Source: a bacterium (GTDB lineage Bacteria > Zhuqueibacterota > Zhuqueibacteria > Zhuqueibacterales > Geothermadaptataceae). Taken from it: a stretch of DNA of 64,000 nucleotides. The position numbers and the translations under genes were made by a program. The DNA is taken from assembly GCA_024275575.1 (NCBI GenBank), contig JAJRYV010000085.1, forward strand, positions 65,490-129,489, read 5' to 3'. Below, piece by piece: positions 48,230-58,100 of this stretch (positions are counted from its first letter, which is position 1; the number at the start of each line of letters is the position of its first letter). The notes beneath the pieces were generated by a model. It was not told where the DNA came from. It ran no database searches and saw nothing but the letters and a program-made list of their open reading frames with translations.

Positions 48230-50821
48230 ATGAGTGACAAGTTGAACCGGACTCCAGACAATTATGATTTCAAAAAAATTGAAGCGCGCTGGCGTGATTT
48301 CTGGCACGAGAATGATTTTTTTAAAGTCGAAAATGATGACACTGCCCATAAATTTTATTATTTAAACATGTTTCCCTACCCCTCCGGGGAAATGCATGTC
48401 GGCCACGGCCGCAACTGGCTCATCGGCGACGCTTATTGCCGATACCTCATCATGCATGGCTACAATGTGCTCAACCCCATGGGCTACGATGCTTTCGGCT
48501 TGCCCGCCGAAAATGCCGCCATCGATCGCGGCATCCATCCGAAGGACTGGACTTTTAAAAACATCGAAAACTTTCGCCAGCAGTTTCGCCAGTGGGGCGT
48601 GGTTTTCGACTGGAATCGCGAGTTGACGACCTGCACGCCGGAATACTACAAATGGAACCAGTGGCTTTTTGTACAATTTTTCAAAAAAGGGCTGGCCTAC
48701 CGCAAGGCTGCGGTGGTGAACTGGTGCAGCGATTGCGATACGGTTCTGGCCAATGAGCAGGTCGTCGATGGCGCCTGTGAAAGATGCGGCTCTGAAATCG
48801 ATAAACGGGATTTGACACAGTGGTTTTTCAAGATAACCGAATACGCCCAGGAATTACTCGATGATCTCGATAAACTGGAATTCTGGCCGGAGCGCGTAAA
48901 ACTCATGCAGCGCAACTGGATCGGTCGCAGCGAGGGTGCCCTGCTGAAATTCGATATCGATGGAGCGGATGAATTCCTTAAGGTTTTCACCACCCGTCCG
49001 GATACGATTTTCGGCGCAACATTTATGGTGCTGGCGCCGGAACATGAGTTGGTGGACAAGCTGACCACGCCGGCGCAAAAAGCCGCGGTGCAGCGCTACA
49101 AACAGGAGGCGGCTGCCAAAAGCGATATCGACCGGCAGAATGTATCCCGTGAAAAAACCGGAATTTTTACCGGCGGATATGCGATTAATCCGGCCAACGG
49201 TCATAAAATCCCCATTTGGATCGCAGATTATGTTTTGATGGGTTACGGCACCGGCGCTATCATGGCTGTGCCGGCGCACGATCAGCGCGACTTTGAATTT
49301 GCGCGAAAATTCGAGCTCGACATCATCGCGGTAATCTCGGAAGACGGGCAACCGCTGGATGGCGCTTTGATGACCGAGGCGCTCGTTTCCGCCGGTATGA
49401 TGATCAACTCCGGCGAATTCAACGGCTTGCACGCAGGCAAGCAAACCATTAAAAAATTTATCGACTGGTTCGAGGCGCAAAACAAAGGTGAAAGCCGGAT
49501 CAATTTCCGTTTACGCGATTGGCTTATTTCACGCCAGCGCTACTGGGGCACGCCCATTCCGATGATTCATTGTGAGGAATGCGGCATCGTTCCGGTACCC
49601 GAAGACGAACTGCCCGTCACACTGCCGGATGTTGAATTTCTCGGTAAAAAAGGCCTGGCGGAAATCCCCGAATTCTACGAATGTACCTGTCCGAAATGCG
49701 CCGGTTCCGCCCGCCGCGATACCGATACGATGGATACTTTTGTCGATTCTTCATGGTATTTTTTACGTTACATTTCACCCAATTTACATGAACGGATTTT
49801 CGATTCCGCCGCTGTCAATGACTGGCTTCCGGTGGATCAATATGTCGGTGGTATCGAACATGCCATTTTGCACCTTTTGTATGCCCGCTTTATCACCAAA
49901 GCCATTCGCGATCTCGGGCTGATTCAATTTGACGAACCCTTCAAACAGCTTTTCACCCAGGGCATGATTACCCACATGGCCTATAAAAGCAAAACCGATG
50001 GCTGGATCAGTCCGCAGGATGTTGACCGCGACGGCAAACACACAAAAACCGGTGAAAAATTGCACGCTGAAATCGCCAAAATGAGCAAATCGAAAAAAAA
50101 TGTTATTTCACCCGATGATATCATCGATGAATTCGGCACCGACACCGAACGGTTGTATACGTTGTTTATGGGGCCGCCGGAGCGTGAAATCGAATGGAAT
50201 GCCGAGGGCGTGCGCGGCGCATATCGATTCTTGCGCCGCATCTGGAGCGCCGTCATTTCACACCGGGAAATCGTCATCACCGGCCGCAGCACGGCAATCG
50301 CAATCGAGACGCTCGATAAAAACGCCAAAGCATTGTGGAATAAAATGCACCAGACAATCGATTCGGTGAGCACTGATTTCAAGCGATTCCATTTCAATAC
50401 GGCTGTCAGTGCGTTGATGGAATTTACCAACACCTTGAGTGATTATCTTGCCAAAACCAGCGTAAAAGACGAAGCGCTTTTAAGCCGGGCTTTCGAGACA
50501 TTGATCAAATTGCTTTCACCCATCTGCCCTTTTATCGGGGAAGAAATGTGGCGTGCCATCGGTTTTGACACCTCGGTTTTAAAAAGTGAATGGCCTGTAG
50601 CTGATCCCGCCGGTTTGATTGCCGACGAAGTGGAGATTCCGGTGCAGATCAACGGTAAACTGCGCGAAGCGCTTTTTATTGCCGCGGAAGCAGCACAAAA
50701 CCCCGGCGCACTGGAAAAAGGCGCGCTGGCGTTGGAAGGCATTCAGAAACGCATCGAGGGAAAAAATGTACTGCGCGTCATCGCTGTGCCCGGACGTTTA
50801 GTGAATCTGGTGGTGAAGTAA
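48230..50821 (+). CDS. leuS: leucine--tRNA ligase
   Basis: 863 aa. PYPSGEMHVGH (HIGH), the CP1 editing domain, and KMSKSKKN (KMSKS). Confidence 0.97.
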   Translation: MSDKLNRTPDNYDFKKIEARWRDFWHENDFFKVENDDTAHKFYYLNMFPYPSGEMHVGHGRNWLIGDAYCRYLIMHGYNVLNPMGYDAFGLPAENAAIDRGIHPKDWTFKNIENFRQQFRQWGVVFDWNRELTTCTPEYYKWNQWLFVQFFKKGLAYRKAAVVNWCSDCDTVLANEQVVDGACERCGSEIDKRDLTQWFFKITEYAQELLDDLDKLEFWPERVKLMQRNWIGRSEGALLKFDIDGADEFLKVFTTRPDTIFGATFMVLAPEHELVDKLTTPAQKAAVQRYKQEAAAKSDIDRQNVSREKTGIFTGGYAINPANGHKIPIWIADYVLMGYGTGAIMAVPAHDQRDFEFARKFELDIIAVISEDGQPLDGALMTEALVSAGMMINSGEFNGLHAGKQTIKKFIDWFEAQNKGESRINFRLRDWLISRQRYWGTPIPMIHCEECGIVPVPEDELPVTLPDVEFLGKKGLAEIPEFYECTCPKCAGSARRDTDTMDTFVDSSWYFLRYISPNLHERIFDSAAVNDWLPVDQYVGGIEHAILHLLYARFITKAIRDLGLIQFDEPFKQLFTQGMITHMAYKSKTDGWISPQDVDRDGKHTKTGEKLHAEIAKMSKSKKNVISPDDIIDEFGTDTERLYTLFMGPPEREIEWNAEGVRGAYRFLRRIWSAVISHREIVITGRSTAIAIETLDKNAKALWNKMHQTIDSVSTDFKRFHFNTAVSALMEFTNTLSDYLAKTSVKDEALLSRAFETLIKLLSPICPFIGEEMWRAIGFDTSVLKSEWPVADPAGLIADEVEIPVQINGKLREALFIAAEAAQNPGALEKGALALEGIQKRIEGKNVLRVIAVPGRLVNLVVK

Positions 50822-50827
50822 ACATTA

Positions 50828-50845
50828 GGAAGGTTTAAACCTTCC
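50828..50845 (+). terminator. hairpin after leuS (putative terminator, poor U-tract)
   Basis: GGAAGGTTT/AAACCTTCC, a perfect 9-bp palindrome, lies 7 nt after the stop codon. The downstream sequence is only moderately T-rich. Confidence 0.35.
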
Positions 50846-50873
50846 AACGTTTCAACTTTTTAACGTTATTAAA

Positions 50874-51590
50874 ATGAACCTGATCCTGATAGATAAATCT
50901 GACTTCATCGCCGAAAACATTGTGCGTCTCACCGACCGCCGCTTGCAGCATATACGGGAAATCCATCGGGCGAAGGTCGGTGATTCTCTCATCGTGGGTT
51001 TGGCCGGTGGAGAGATTGGCACGGGATGCATTATTGGGCTGAACAAAACCGAATTACAAATGCAAGTGGAACTGAACGCCTCCCCGCCTGCCCCATTGCC
51101 ACTGACGCTGATTATAGCTTTGCCGCGGCCGCGCGTACTCAATCGCACACTTATCGCCATCACCTCCATGGGCGTAAAAAAGATTTATCTTTTGCACACA
51201 AATCGTGTTGAAAAAAGCTTCTGGCATAGTCCGGTATTAAATGAAGAAAAAATAAGAAACTCCCTTATTCTCGGTCTGGAACAAGCCGGAGACAGCATAC
51301 TGCCCGTTGTTCATTTCCGTAAAAAATTCCGTCCCTTTGTCGAAGATGAATTACCGAGCGTCGCCGCAAACATGCGTAAAATCGTTGCGCACCCTCAGGT
51401 TTCGGCAACTGCGATCGATACAAATCCGCAACCCACAACCCTCGTCGTCGGGCCGGAAGGCGGCCTGATCCCCTATGAACTCGAAAAACTGCATGCGGTT
51501 GGTTTTCAAAGCTTTTCCCTCGGCGAACGCATTCTGCGGGTGGAGACGGCGATCCCGGTTTTGCTGGCGAAATTGATGCTGATGGATTAA
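50874..51590 (+). CDS. rsmE: 16S rRNA (uracil1498-N3)-methyltransferase
   Basis: 238 aa. PUA-like N-terminus (HI..V.R.KVGD). SPOUT C-terminus (LVVGPEGGL...E...L...GF....LG.RILR.ETA). Confidence 0.9.
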   Translation: MNLILIDKSDFIAENIVRLTDRRLQHIREIHRAKVGDSLIVGLAGGEIGTGCIIGLNKTELQMQVELNASPPAPLPLTLIIALPRPRVLNRTLIAITSMGVKKIYLLHTNRVEKSFWHSPVLNEEKIRNSLILGLEQAGDSILPVVHFRKKFRPFVEDELPSVAANMRKIVAHPQVSATAIDTNPQPTTLVVGPEGGLIPYELEKLHAVGFQSFSLGERILRVETAIPVLLAKLMLMD

Positions 51591-51661
51591 CCTGAATTCA
51601 ACTTCCGTGATATTTCCGCTGGAACTTCCAATATATGCCCCATGGCCCCGGTATCCAGTGT

Positions 51662-51784
51662 GCTCGTTACAAGGCTCGGCCTTGTAACGCACGGCATGCA
51701 GGTGCTGCCTGCAGTTTTATAACTGGCGGCAAAGCCGGGCAGCATTGTATCCCCGGCTAGACAGCGGAAACGAGACAATTGACG
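51662..51784 (+). repeat. multi-hairpin intergenic repeat, copy A
   Basis: GCTCGTTACAAGGCTCGGCCTTGTAACGCA matches 53675-53704 at 29 of 30 positions. It is followed by a GCAGG..CCTGC hairpin, GGCGGCAAAGCC, a degenerate third hairpin, and GAAACGAGACAATTGACG. Confidence 0.85.
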
Positions 51785-51816
51785 GGCGGCTGGAACCAGC
51801 CAAAATATATTTATGA

Positions 51817-53484
51817 TTACTTAAAAACCCGAAAATTAGCCGTCCGTACCAGCGAAGAATCACTCCACTCGTTGGGCTGCCAGGCCCGCACATAAATCGT
51901 GGGGTTACGTTCACTGAAATCGATGAGTAAAAACAGGTAACCCTCGTCGGCGTAACTGGTGGAGGCATAACTCTGGCGCATTTCCACGCCGTAGACATTT
52001 TGGGCATTGTTTTTCTGCACGATATCAAAACTACTGAAATCCAGGGAAATATCCTTTTGCGTTTTGAACACGGAGCGCTGCCGATTGAGGTGTTTTTCTT
52101 TTGTCAATCGGATATATTCGTAATCCGGCTCGTTGCCAAACTTGTGAAATTGCACCGTATTTTCCGGCATTTTTTTCCGCTCAATTTTACGACCGATCAA
52201 AATCAATGCATCCTCGGCAAACATGAGATCCACCGTTTTAATATCGCGGGTCAGATAAGCGGTGCGGTATTTTTCAACAAACTTGATGATCTGCCGGCGT
52301 TTGCTCCAGTCCTGCGAAAACTCGGATTGTTTGACAAATTCATTGTACAAATTCTCAGCGATACTGGCATTGAGGTCGATGAGCTCGCCTTTTTCAGAAA
52401 AATCCAGCACCAGGTATTCCGTCGCTTGCTTGTTGATGGTCCGATAGTTATGCAGCATGCGAATTTTTCGCAGCTCGTAACCGGATTTGCTTTTGCTCAC
52501 CTGCGCCGGGATCATTTTCGATAAAGGTTTAGGGTGGTTGAATGTTAGGTAATTGAGCACCTTTTCACGCCGAAAGGGGTCGTTTTTATATTTCTGCCGG
52601 ATTTGCACTTTATCTCCGGAAGAGACGATATCCAAAAATTGCGCGGTGGCTTTGGCAATCTTTTCGGCAACCGGAATGTCGCCTTCATATTCCAGTTTCA
52701 AATTCCAGTTTTGTGCTTGCAATTGCCCGGCTTTCGTGGCAACATCGCGCTTTTTTTTAACGGTCAAATCGAGAGTTTTCGCCGCGTTAAACACCGGTTT
52801 TTCGACCACGTTCCACAAATCAGCAATAACGTTGTATTCATCGCGGGCGCCGTATCTGGCATATTTAATATTGAGCTGCAATTTTTTGAAATGTGCCGAA
52901 GCGCCCAGCAAATAAAAGCTCGCCAGCCCATCCCGCCCCTGCACCGAAACCTGATTGGAGCCGTCCCAAAAAGTAAAATCCAGCATGGCAACCGGTGCGC
53001 CGGCGTAATCAATTTTCACCGTGATCTCCCGTTCTTTGGCAGCGATCTTTTTATTATGCACAAGTGCGAAACGGATATTGGAAAGAATGCGGTTGATGCG
53101 CTCGGGAAGTGTGGTGGTGAAGTTCATGCCATTGTAAACCATATTTTGCTCCAGCAGCGAACTGAGCAGTATCATGGAAAAATAATACAATTTCAACGCA
53201 TTGGCGCAGTGGCCGATATTTTCGTTCTCCTGTGCTTTTTGCGCCATATCGTAAATCAGCCGCTTGCGCTCTTCGAAAACTTTCACCACTTCTTTTTTAG
53301 ATAAATAACAAAACACCTCAACGCGGCCGTCAGGCATCGGTTTTTTGATGGTTTTCACGTTTTTTAAAGTCGCCGTGCTGTGGGTTTTTAAAATGGACTT
53401 CACGCTCTCATCCAGCTTTTCCCCTGATTCCTGCAGCTTGCGCTCAAACGATTTCGCCACCCGTACGGCAATCTGCTCCGTCAA
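51817..53484 (-). CDS. LPP20-like N-terminal domain protein with NTF2-like C-terminal region. The reading frame continues upstream to a signal peptide but is interrupted by TAG (possible pseudogene)
   Basis: ORF-track ORF from TTG 53484. The same frame upstream reads (TTG 53673) RSLNDANFKEKIPKKIKIFLLLFLFNSAYTQTS-TAG(53571-53569)-QVVNSSEYYYGSGVSFDAREARDKAQEEL, then the annotated start. SEYYYGSG...A...A...L..QI.V.V resembles an LPP20 lipoprotein-family N-terminus. Confidence 0.6.
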   Translation of the reverse strand: MTEQIAVRVAKSFERKLQESGEKLDESVKSILKTHSTATLKNVKTIKKPMPDGRVEVFCYLSKKEVVKVFEERKRLIYDMAQKAQENENIGHCANALKLYYFSMILLSSLLEQNMVYNGMNFTTTLPERINRILSNIRFALVHNKKIAAKEREITVKIDYAGAPVAMLDFTFWDGSNQVSVQGRDGLASFYLLGASAHFKKLQLNIKYARYGARDEYNVIADLWNVVEKPVFNAAKTLDLTVKKKRDVATKAGQLQAQNWNLKLEYEGDIPVAEKIAKATAQFLDIVSSGDKVQIRQKYKNDPFRREKVLNYLTFNHPKPLSKMIPAQVSKSKSGYELRKIRMLHNYRTINKQATEYLVLDFSEKGELIDLNASIAENLYNEFVKQSEFSQDWSKRRQIIKFVEKYRTAYLTRDIKTVDLMFAEDALILIGRKIERKKMPENTVQFHKFGNEPDYEYIRLTKEKHLNRQRSVFKTQKDISLDFSSFDIVQKNNAQNVYGVEMRQSYASTSYADEGYLFLLIDFSERNPTIYVRAWQPNEWSDSSLVRTANFRVFK

Positions 53485-53674
53485 CTCCTCCTGCGCTTTA
53501 TCCCGCGCCTCCCGCGCATCAAACGAAACACCGCTGCCGTAGTAGTATTCGCTGGAATTGACAACCTGCTAGCTGGTCTGGGTATATGCTGAGTTGAATA
53601 AAAAAAGCAATAAAAAGATTTTGATTTTCTTCGGGATTTTTTCCTTAAAATTTGCATCATTTAGCGATCTCAAA

Positions 53675-53800
53675 GCTCGTTACAAGGCTCTGCCTTGTAA
53701 CGCAAAACCCGCAGGCTCCGGCCTGCAGGCATACTCGCGGCAGAGCCGCCCAACCTTGCGTTCCCGGCCCGGAGACCGGGAACGAGCATAAACGAGCATA
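53675..53800 (+). repeat. multi-hairpin intergenic repeat, copy B
   Basis: Same module order as copy A. The third hairpin is intact (TTCCCGG-CCCGGAGA-CCGGGAA). It ends in tandem AACGAGCATA AACGAGCATA, 4 nt before the SLT stop codon. Confidence 0.85.
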
Positions 53801-53804
53801 ATTC

Positions 53805-54893
53805 TCAAGAGAAAATCCGGCGGGAAATTTCATAATGATTGATCAATACGCGGCTTATGTAGGTCACAGTCTCATCAAAACTGGGTATTTTCCCGAACGG
53901 TTTATAGAGACCGTTGGCAATCGTTGTGCTCAGCCCCGCATTGTATCCCGCAGCTGCAGCGATGATATTGCCGTTTCGTACGCGCAGACTTTTGGTGAGC
54001 ATTTTTACCATAGCGAAAATCGGCTTTTTATAAGTCACACGCTCATCAAATCCCTGCAGAAATTTTAAATCGCTTTGTTTGAAAATATCCCGCCCTTCGA
54101 TATTGGCCATGACGAATTCACGGTATTGATCACGCGCCCGCCGGATACGCTCGTCATAATCCTGTTTCTTCATGAGATAGGCATTCCACGCTTTTGCGCT
54201 TTCGCGCAGGCCCGGTTTCTGCAATTCCAGATCGCGCATCACTTCCTGCAAACGGATTTTTTCGAGCGCTTTGTTTTTTCGCACCAGTTTTCTTTTTTCC
54301 CGACGTAATTCGTAGTAGATGTCGAGTTTGGTGATATACTGCGATTTTTTATACAGATTGCTGGCATGTTCCGGCAGATCGCCGGCACACATGATATTGT
54401 ATTCCCGTGCTGTCGGCTGGATAAACTGGCAAATTCCAACGGCAAGCGATTTCGAGACGCAGAATTCGTGGAAATAGGATTCGTGCATGATCTGGGCGAG
54501 AATCCAGGCCGGATCGACGGGGTATATTTTGCGATTTTCCGCAACTGCAAGTTGAATCCAGTGAACGATATTGCTGATTCTCTTTTCAAAGTCGACTTTT
54601 GCAAAAGTCGTCTTCCAGAAAGGCAGGCGATTGCGGGAAAAATTGTCCGCAAGAAAATCCAGCGTCGCCCGTGTTAGTTTAAAAGAATAACCGTTGATGG
54701 TGCTGTCGCTTGGCGGCGTGTAATCTTTCGGCAAAATGATATTGATCGGTGAGTCTTGCAGTTCTACCGGCAGAGAACGTCCGTAAAGATTCGGCCCCGT
54801 TAGCCCTAGCAAAGCGGCACTGACAAAATTTTTCATCACCTGTCGTCTTGTTTTATCCACTATTGACTCCTCGTTCACATGTCCTGCCGGCAA
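53805..54893 (-). CDS. lytic transglycosylase (SLT domain) protein
   Basis: MHESYF (catalytic Glu-Ser), AVGICQF, and AAAGYNAG motifs. Met-20 (MKNFVSAALLGL, nt 54836) is the more likely start because it gives a signal peptide. Confidence 0.8.
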   Translation of the reverse strand: MPAGHVNEESIVDKTRRQVMKNFVSAALLGLTGPNLYGRSLPVELQDSPINIILPKDYTPPSDSTINGYSFKLTRATLDFLADNFSRNRLPFWKTTFAKVDFEKRISNIVHWIQLAVAENRKIYPVDPAWILAQIMHESYFHEFCVSKSLAVGICQFIQPTAREYNIMCAGDLPEHASNLYKKSQYITKLDIYYELRREKRKLVRKNKALEKIRLQEVMRDLELQKPGLRESAKAWNAYLMKKQDYDERIRRARDQYREFVMANIEGRDIFKQSDLKFLQGFDERVTYKKPIFAMVKMLTKSLRVRNGNIIAAAAGYNAGLSTTIANGLYKPFGKIPSFDETVTYISRVLINHYEISRRIFS

Positions 54894-55039
54894 TTTAAAT
54901 TCCCATATGATAATAAATACGTTTTCACAATTAAATTTCCAAGCCTGATTTCAAAAAATTCTGTTTTTGTGTCATCCCTTGCGTTTGATATCGCCTTTGC
55001 AGCTTAAAATCATCCGGTTTTATCCGGCGATTGCCAGGC

Positions 55040-55069
55040 TTGCCTCACCTCGCTAAATTATTGTATAAT
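55040..55069 (+). promoter_or_regulatory. candidate sigma70-type promoter for the 1598-aa gene
   Basis: TTGCCT (55040-55045), an 18-nt spacer, then TATAAT (55064-55069), about 70 nt upstream of the ATG. Sequence match only. Confidence 0.25.
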
Positions 55070-55140
55070 TCTAAAAAAAATAGCATCTACCTGCCGATGA
55101 AGAAGAAATAATCAAACCTGCAATCTGGTGAAAAAATTCG

Positions 55141-58100
55141 ATGAAAAAATCTATCGTTCATTTTGGTCTTCTTGTCTTTTTTTTTAGCCTGACTCATTTA
55201 TCGGCGACAAACTGGCAAAAAACATCCGGCCCATATCACGGCGTCATCAACCGGGTGTTTGTCGACCGCGTGAATCCGGCAATTTTATATGCCGCGATGC
55301 CTTTTAAAATATTAAAAACAACGACAGAAGGCCGGGAATGGCAAACGCTGCTGCAGAGCGCTAAACCGATCTATATTTTTGCGGTAGCGCCGGGCAATCA
55401 AAATATTATCTATACAAACACGCAAAAATCGCTCGATGGCGGGCAAAACTGGCTGGCCATTCAGCCTGTACCCTACTCCAAAATCGAATTCGGCCAGCAA
55501 ACTCCGGATGATATCGAAAACAAGCTGGCCATTCATCCCAATGACGCCAACATTCTTTTTGCCGCTTTGTCCTCATTCGGCATGTACCGCTCCACGGATG
55601 GCGCCCAGTCATGGAATATCATCCCCGGCGCACCCCAGGGACTGGTAATTTTTGATGCGGCCAATTCCGCACAACTTTTTTGCGCCGGCAATGATTCGCT
55701 TTATTTTTCCAGTAACAACGGCAATGCCTGGACAGCGATGGGCGCCTACCCTGAGGCGACAAAATATACACCCAAAAAAATCATTTATCAGGACGGCACG
55801 CTCTATATTTTACTCGCATCGGGCGTCGAGGGGCTACAGGGGCAGATGATTATCCGCAGTAAAAACAACGGCATCGACTGGACGATACTGCCTTTCAATA
55901 TTTCGTTTTCCGAGCTTTTAAGCAGCATCAATTCCATCGCTTACGGCAGTGGTTCTTTGTTTGCAGCGACCAATATCGGTCTCTATCGCTCCATCGATGA
56001 GGGGCTAACCTGGTCGCGTTTCAGCGGTGATTATGATGATATTGCGCATGTCGATTTAACCAACCGCCTGATTTGCGGCAGTAAAAATTTCGGCGTTTCC
56101 GTAACGCGCGACCTCAACAACAGTTGGCAAAATATCGGCGTTGAAAATATTGCAAGTACCGAGGCCGCGGTAATCAGCTCTCCTGCGGGGGAATTATTTC
56201 TGCAATGGCGCGGCGCAATCTACCGGCTCAACGAGGAGAACAATTCCTGGCAAAGCCTCATTCCGCCGCATTCAACTATTCCTGTAAACGGCACCGTGTC
56301 AGTCAGCAAGGTGGATTCGACAACATTGTTTACCGTTTACAGCCATTTGTTTTTAAAATATAAAATGGATGATAAAATCTGGTCGATTGGCGGTAATTTC
56401 CCCGAGACACCAGGCGCAAAAATTGCCCATGGCCCCGATGATGAACTCCTGTTCTGCCTGACAGAAAACGGCAACTTGTACCGCTCGATCAATGCCGGCA
56501 TCAGTTGGGACAAGCTCGATACGCCAATCGGAGAAACCATTCTCGATTTTCATTTTTCCGATAAAAAAAACCTCTATTTGCTCACCGATCTGAATTACTA
56601 CTCCTCAGTGAATTCCGGGGGCTCGTTTCAGGCTTTGCGCTCGGGTTTGCCAGGGGTAAATTTGCAGTCTACGGAAATCTGGTTCGAACGCAGACAGACG
56701 GATCATCTGTTCCTGCAGGTGCAGGATAAAATTTTTCAAAAGAAGTCTGCAGCAGCATTGTGGGAAATTTTTTATCCGCAAAGCAGCCTGATTTTCCCAC
56801 AGATTGCCCAGCGTCTCATCGCTTCTCCTGATAGCAGCGGAGATTATTATTCGGTCATTCCGCGTTATTTTGACGGAGCGACCTATCTCGCGCACTACAA
56901 TCAGCCGTCACGCGAATGGCGCCCGATCGCCACAAACCTCGATTCGGTTTCACTGCACAATTTCGATTTCACCACTTATGCGCCTTACCGTCTCTTTCAT
57001 CTCAACAGCAAGGGTGAATTCTGGCTTGGTGATGTGCGCAGCGATCCGGATACGATCGATTTTACCAGCGCGCGGGTGCAGCTCAGTCATAACGCTGCCG
57101 ATCCGTTACTCGATTCGCTGGATATTTATTTGAACAATATCAAGATTGCCGACAATATCAAATTTGCACAGGCGACGCCATTCGTCGATTTGCCTGCCGG
57201 TACACTCATTCGCCTCGCTGCCGCCCCGGCCAACAGTTTTTCAGCGCTCGACTCACTGATGAGCATGATGGTCACACTCGATCAACAGAAAAAATACCTG
57301 ATCAATCTGACCGGTGTTCTGGATACGACAAAATTTGCCCTCAATCCGGGTTATCAAAACCGGGCGCTGCGATTCAATTTTACCGGTAACGCAGAAGAAA
57401 ATTCACTCATCGCTGATAAATTGTATTTCAATTTTCAGAATAACATTTCCGATGCACCGGCCATCGATTTGATCGCCCGCAACCTGGCGCAACTCGCAGA
57501 CAGCGTCAGTTTTACCCGTAGCTCTGAATATATCTTGCTCACGCCGGACAAATATACTTTTGATCTCAAACCTTATGATGAGGACTCTACACGGCTGGCT
57601 TCGTTTATTCTCGATTTACGCAATTTCGGCGGTAAAGCTTTCACCCTGTCGGCCTGCGGTTTTCTCGATCCGGCAAAAAATAAAAATGGGGCATCGATAG
57701 CGTTGCGGGCCGTTTTTCCCTCCGGGCAGATCGTCGAATTTGAACGTGAATCCGGTTCCGCCGGATCGCCCGCAAAAGTCATTTTAGCAAACCCGGCAAA
57801 CGCCGCATTCAACGTCTCCCTTCGGCCAACGCTTTTTTGGCGACCAACGCCGAAAGCAACATCCTATCACGTTCAGCTGGATACACATCCGTCGTTCACC
57901 AGTATCATTTTCGATGCAAAGGGCAACGTCGACACCACGGTCATCGTTAGCGGGCTGGCTGAGAATCAGACCTATTACTGGCGGGTGCAGGCACAAAACA
58001 GCGAAGGCATGGGGTTGTGGTCAACAGTGTGGCATTTTACCACGACGAGCAGCACCGCCGCCCCGGCTGCACCTGCGCTCATCTCTCCGGTCAATGCGGT

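Noticed and set aside
53560-53571. A canonical lipobox (L-A-G-C) appears in an alternative frame right at the TAG of the LPP20-like gene (CTA GCA GGT TGT). This suggested a frameshifted lipoprotein signal.
   Set aside because: That frame has no start codon after its upstream TAA, and its n-region would be acidic (GKNPEENQN). Reaching the main frame would need two separate frameshifts. The in-frame signal KKIKIFLLLFLFNSAYTQ is far more convincing, so I kept the single-nonsense interpretation.
53569-53571. Possibility that TAG is reassigned or read through genome-wide.
   Set aside because: rel (2032-4197) terminates in TAG at a natural C-terminus, and the other genes checked use TAA or TGA normally. 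No other gene in the window shows an internal TAG.
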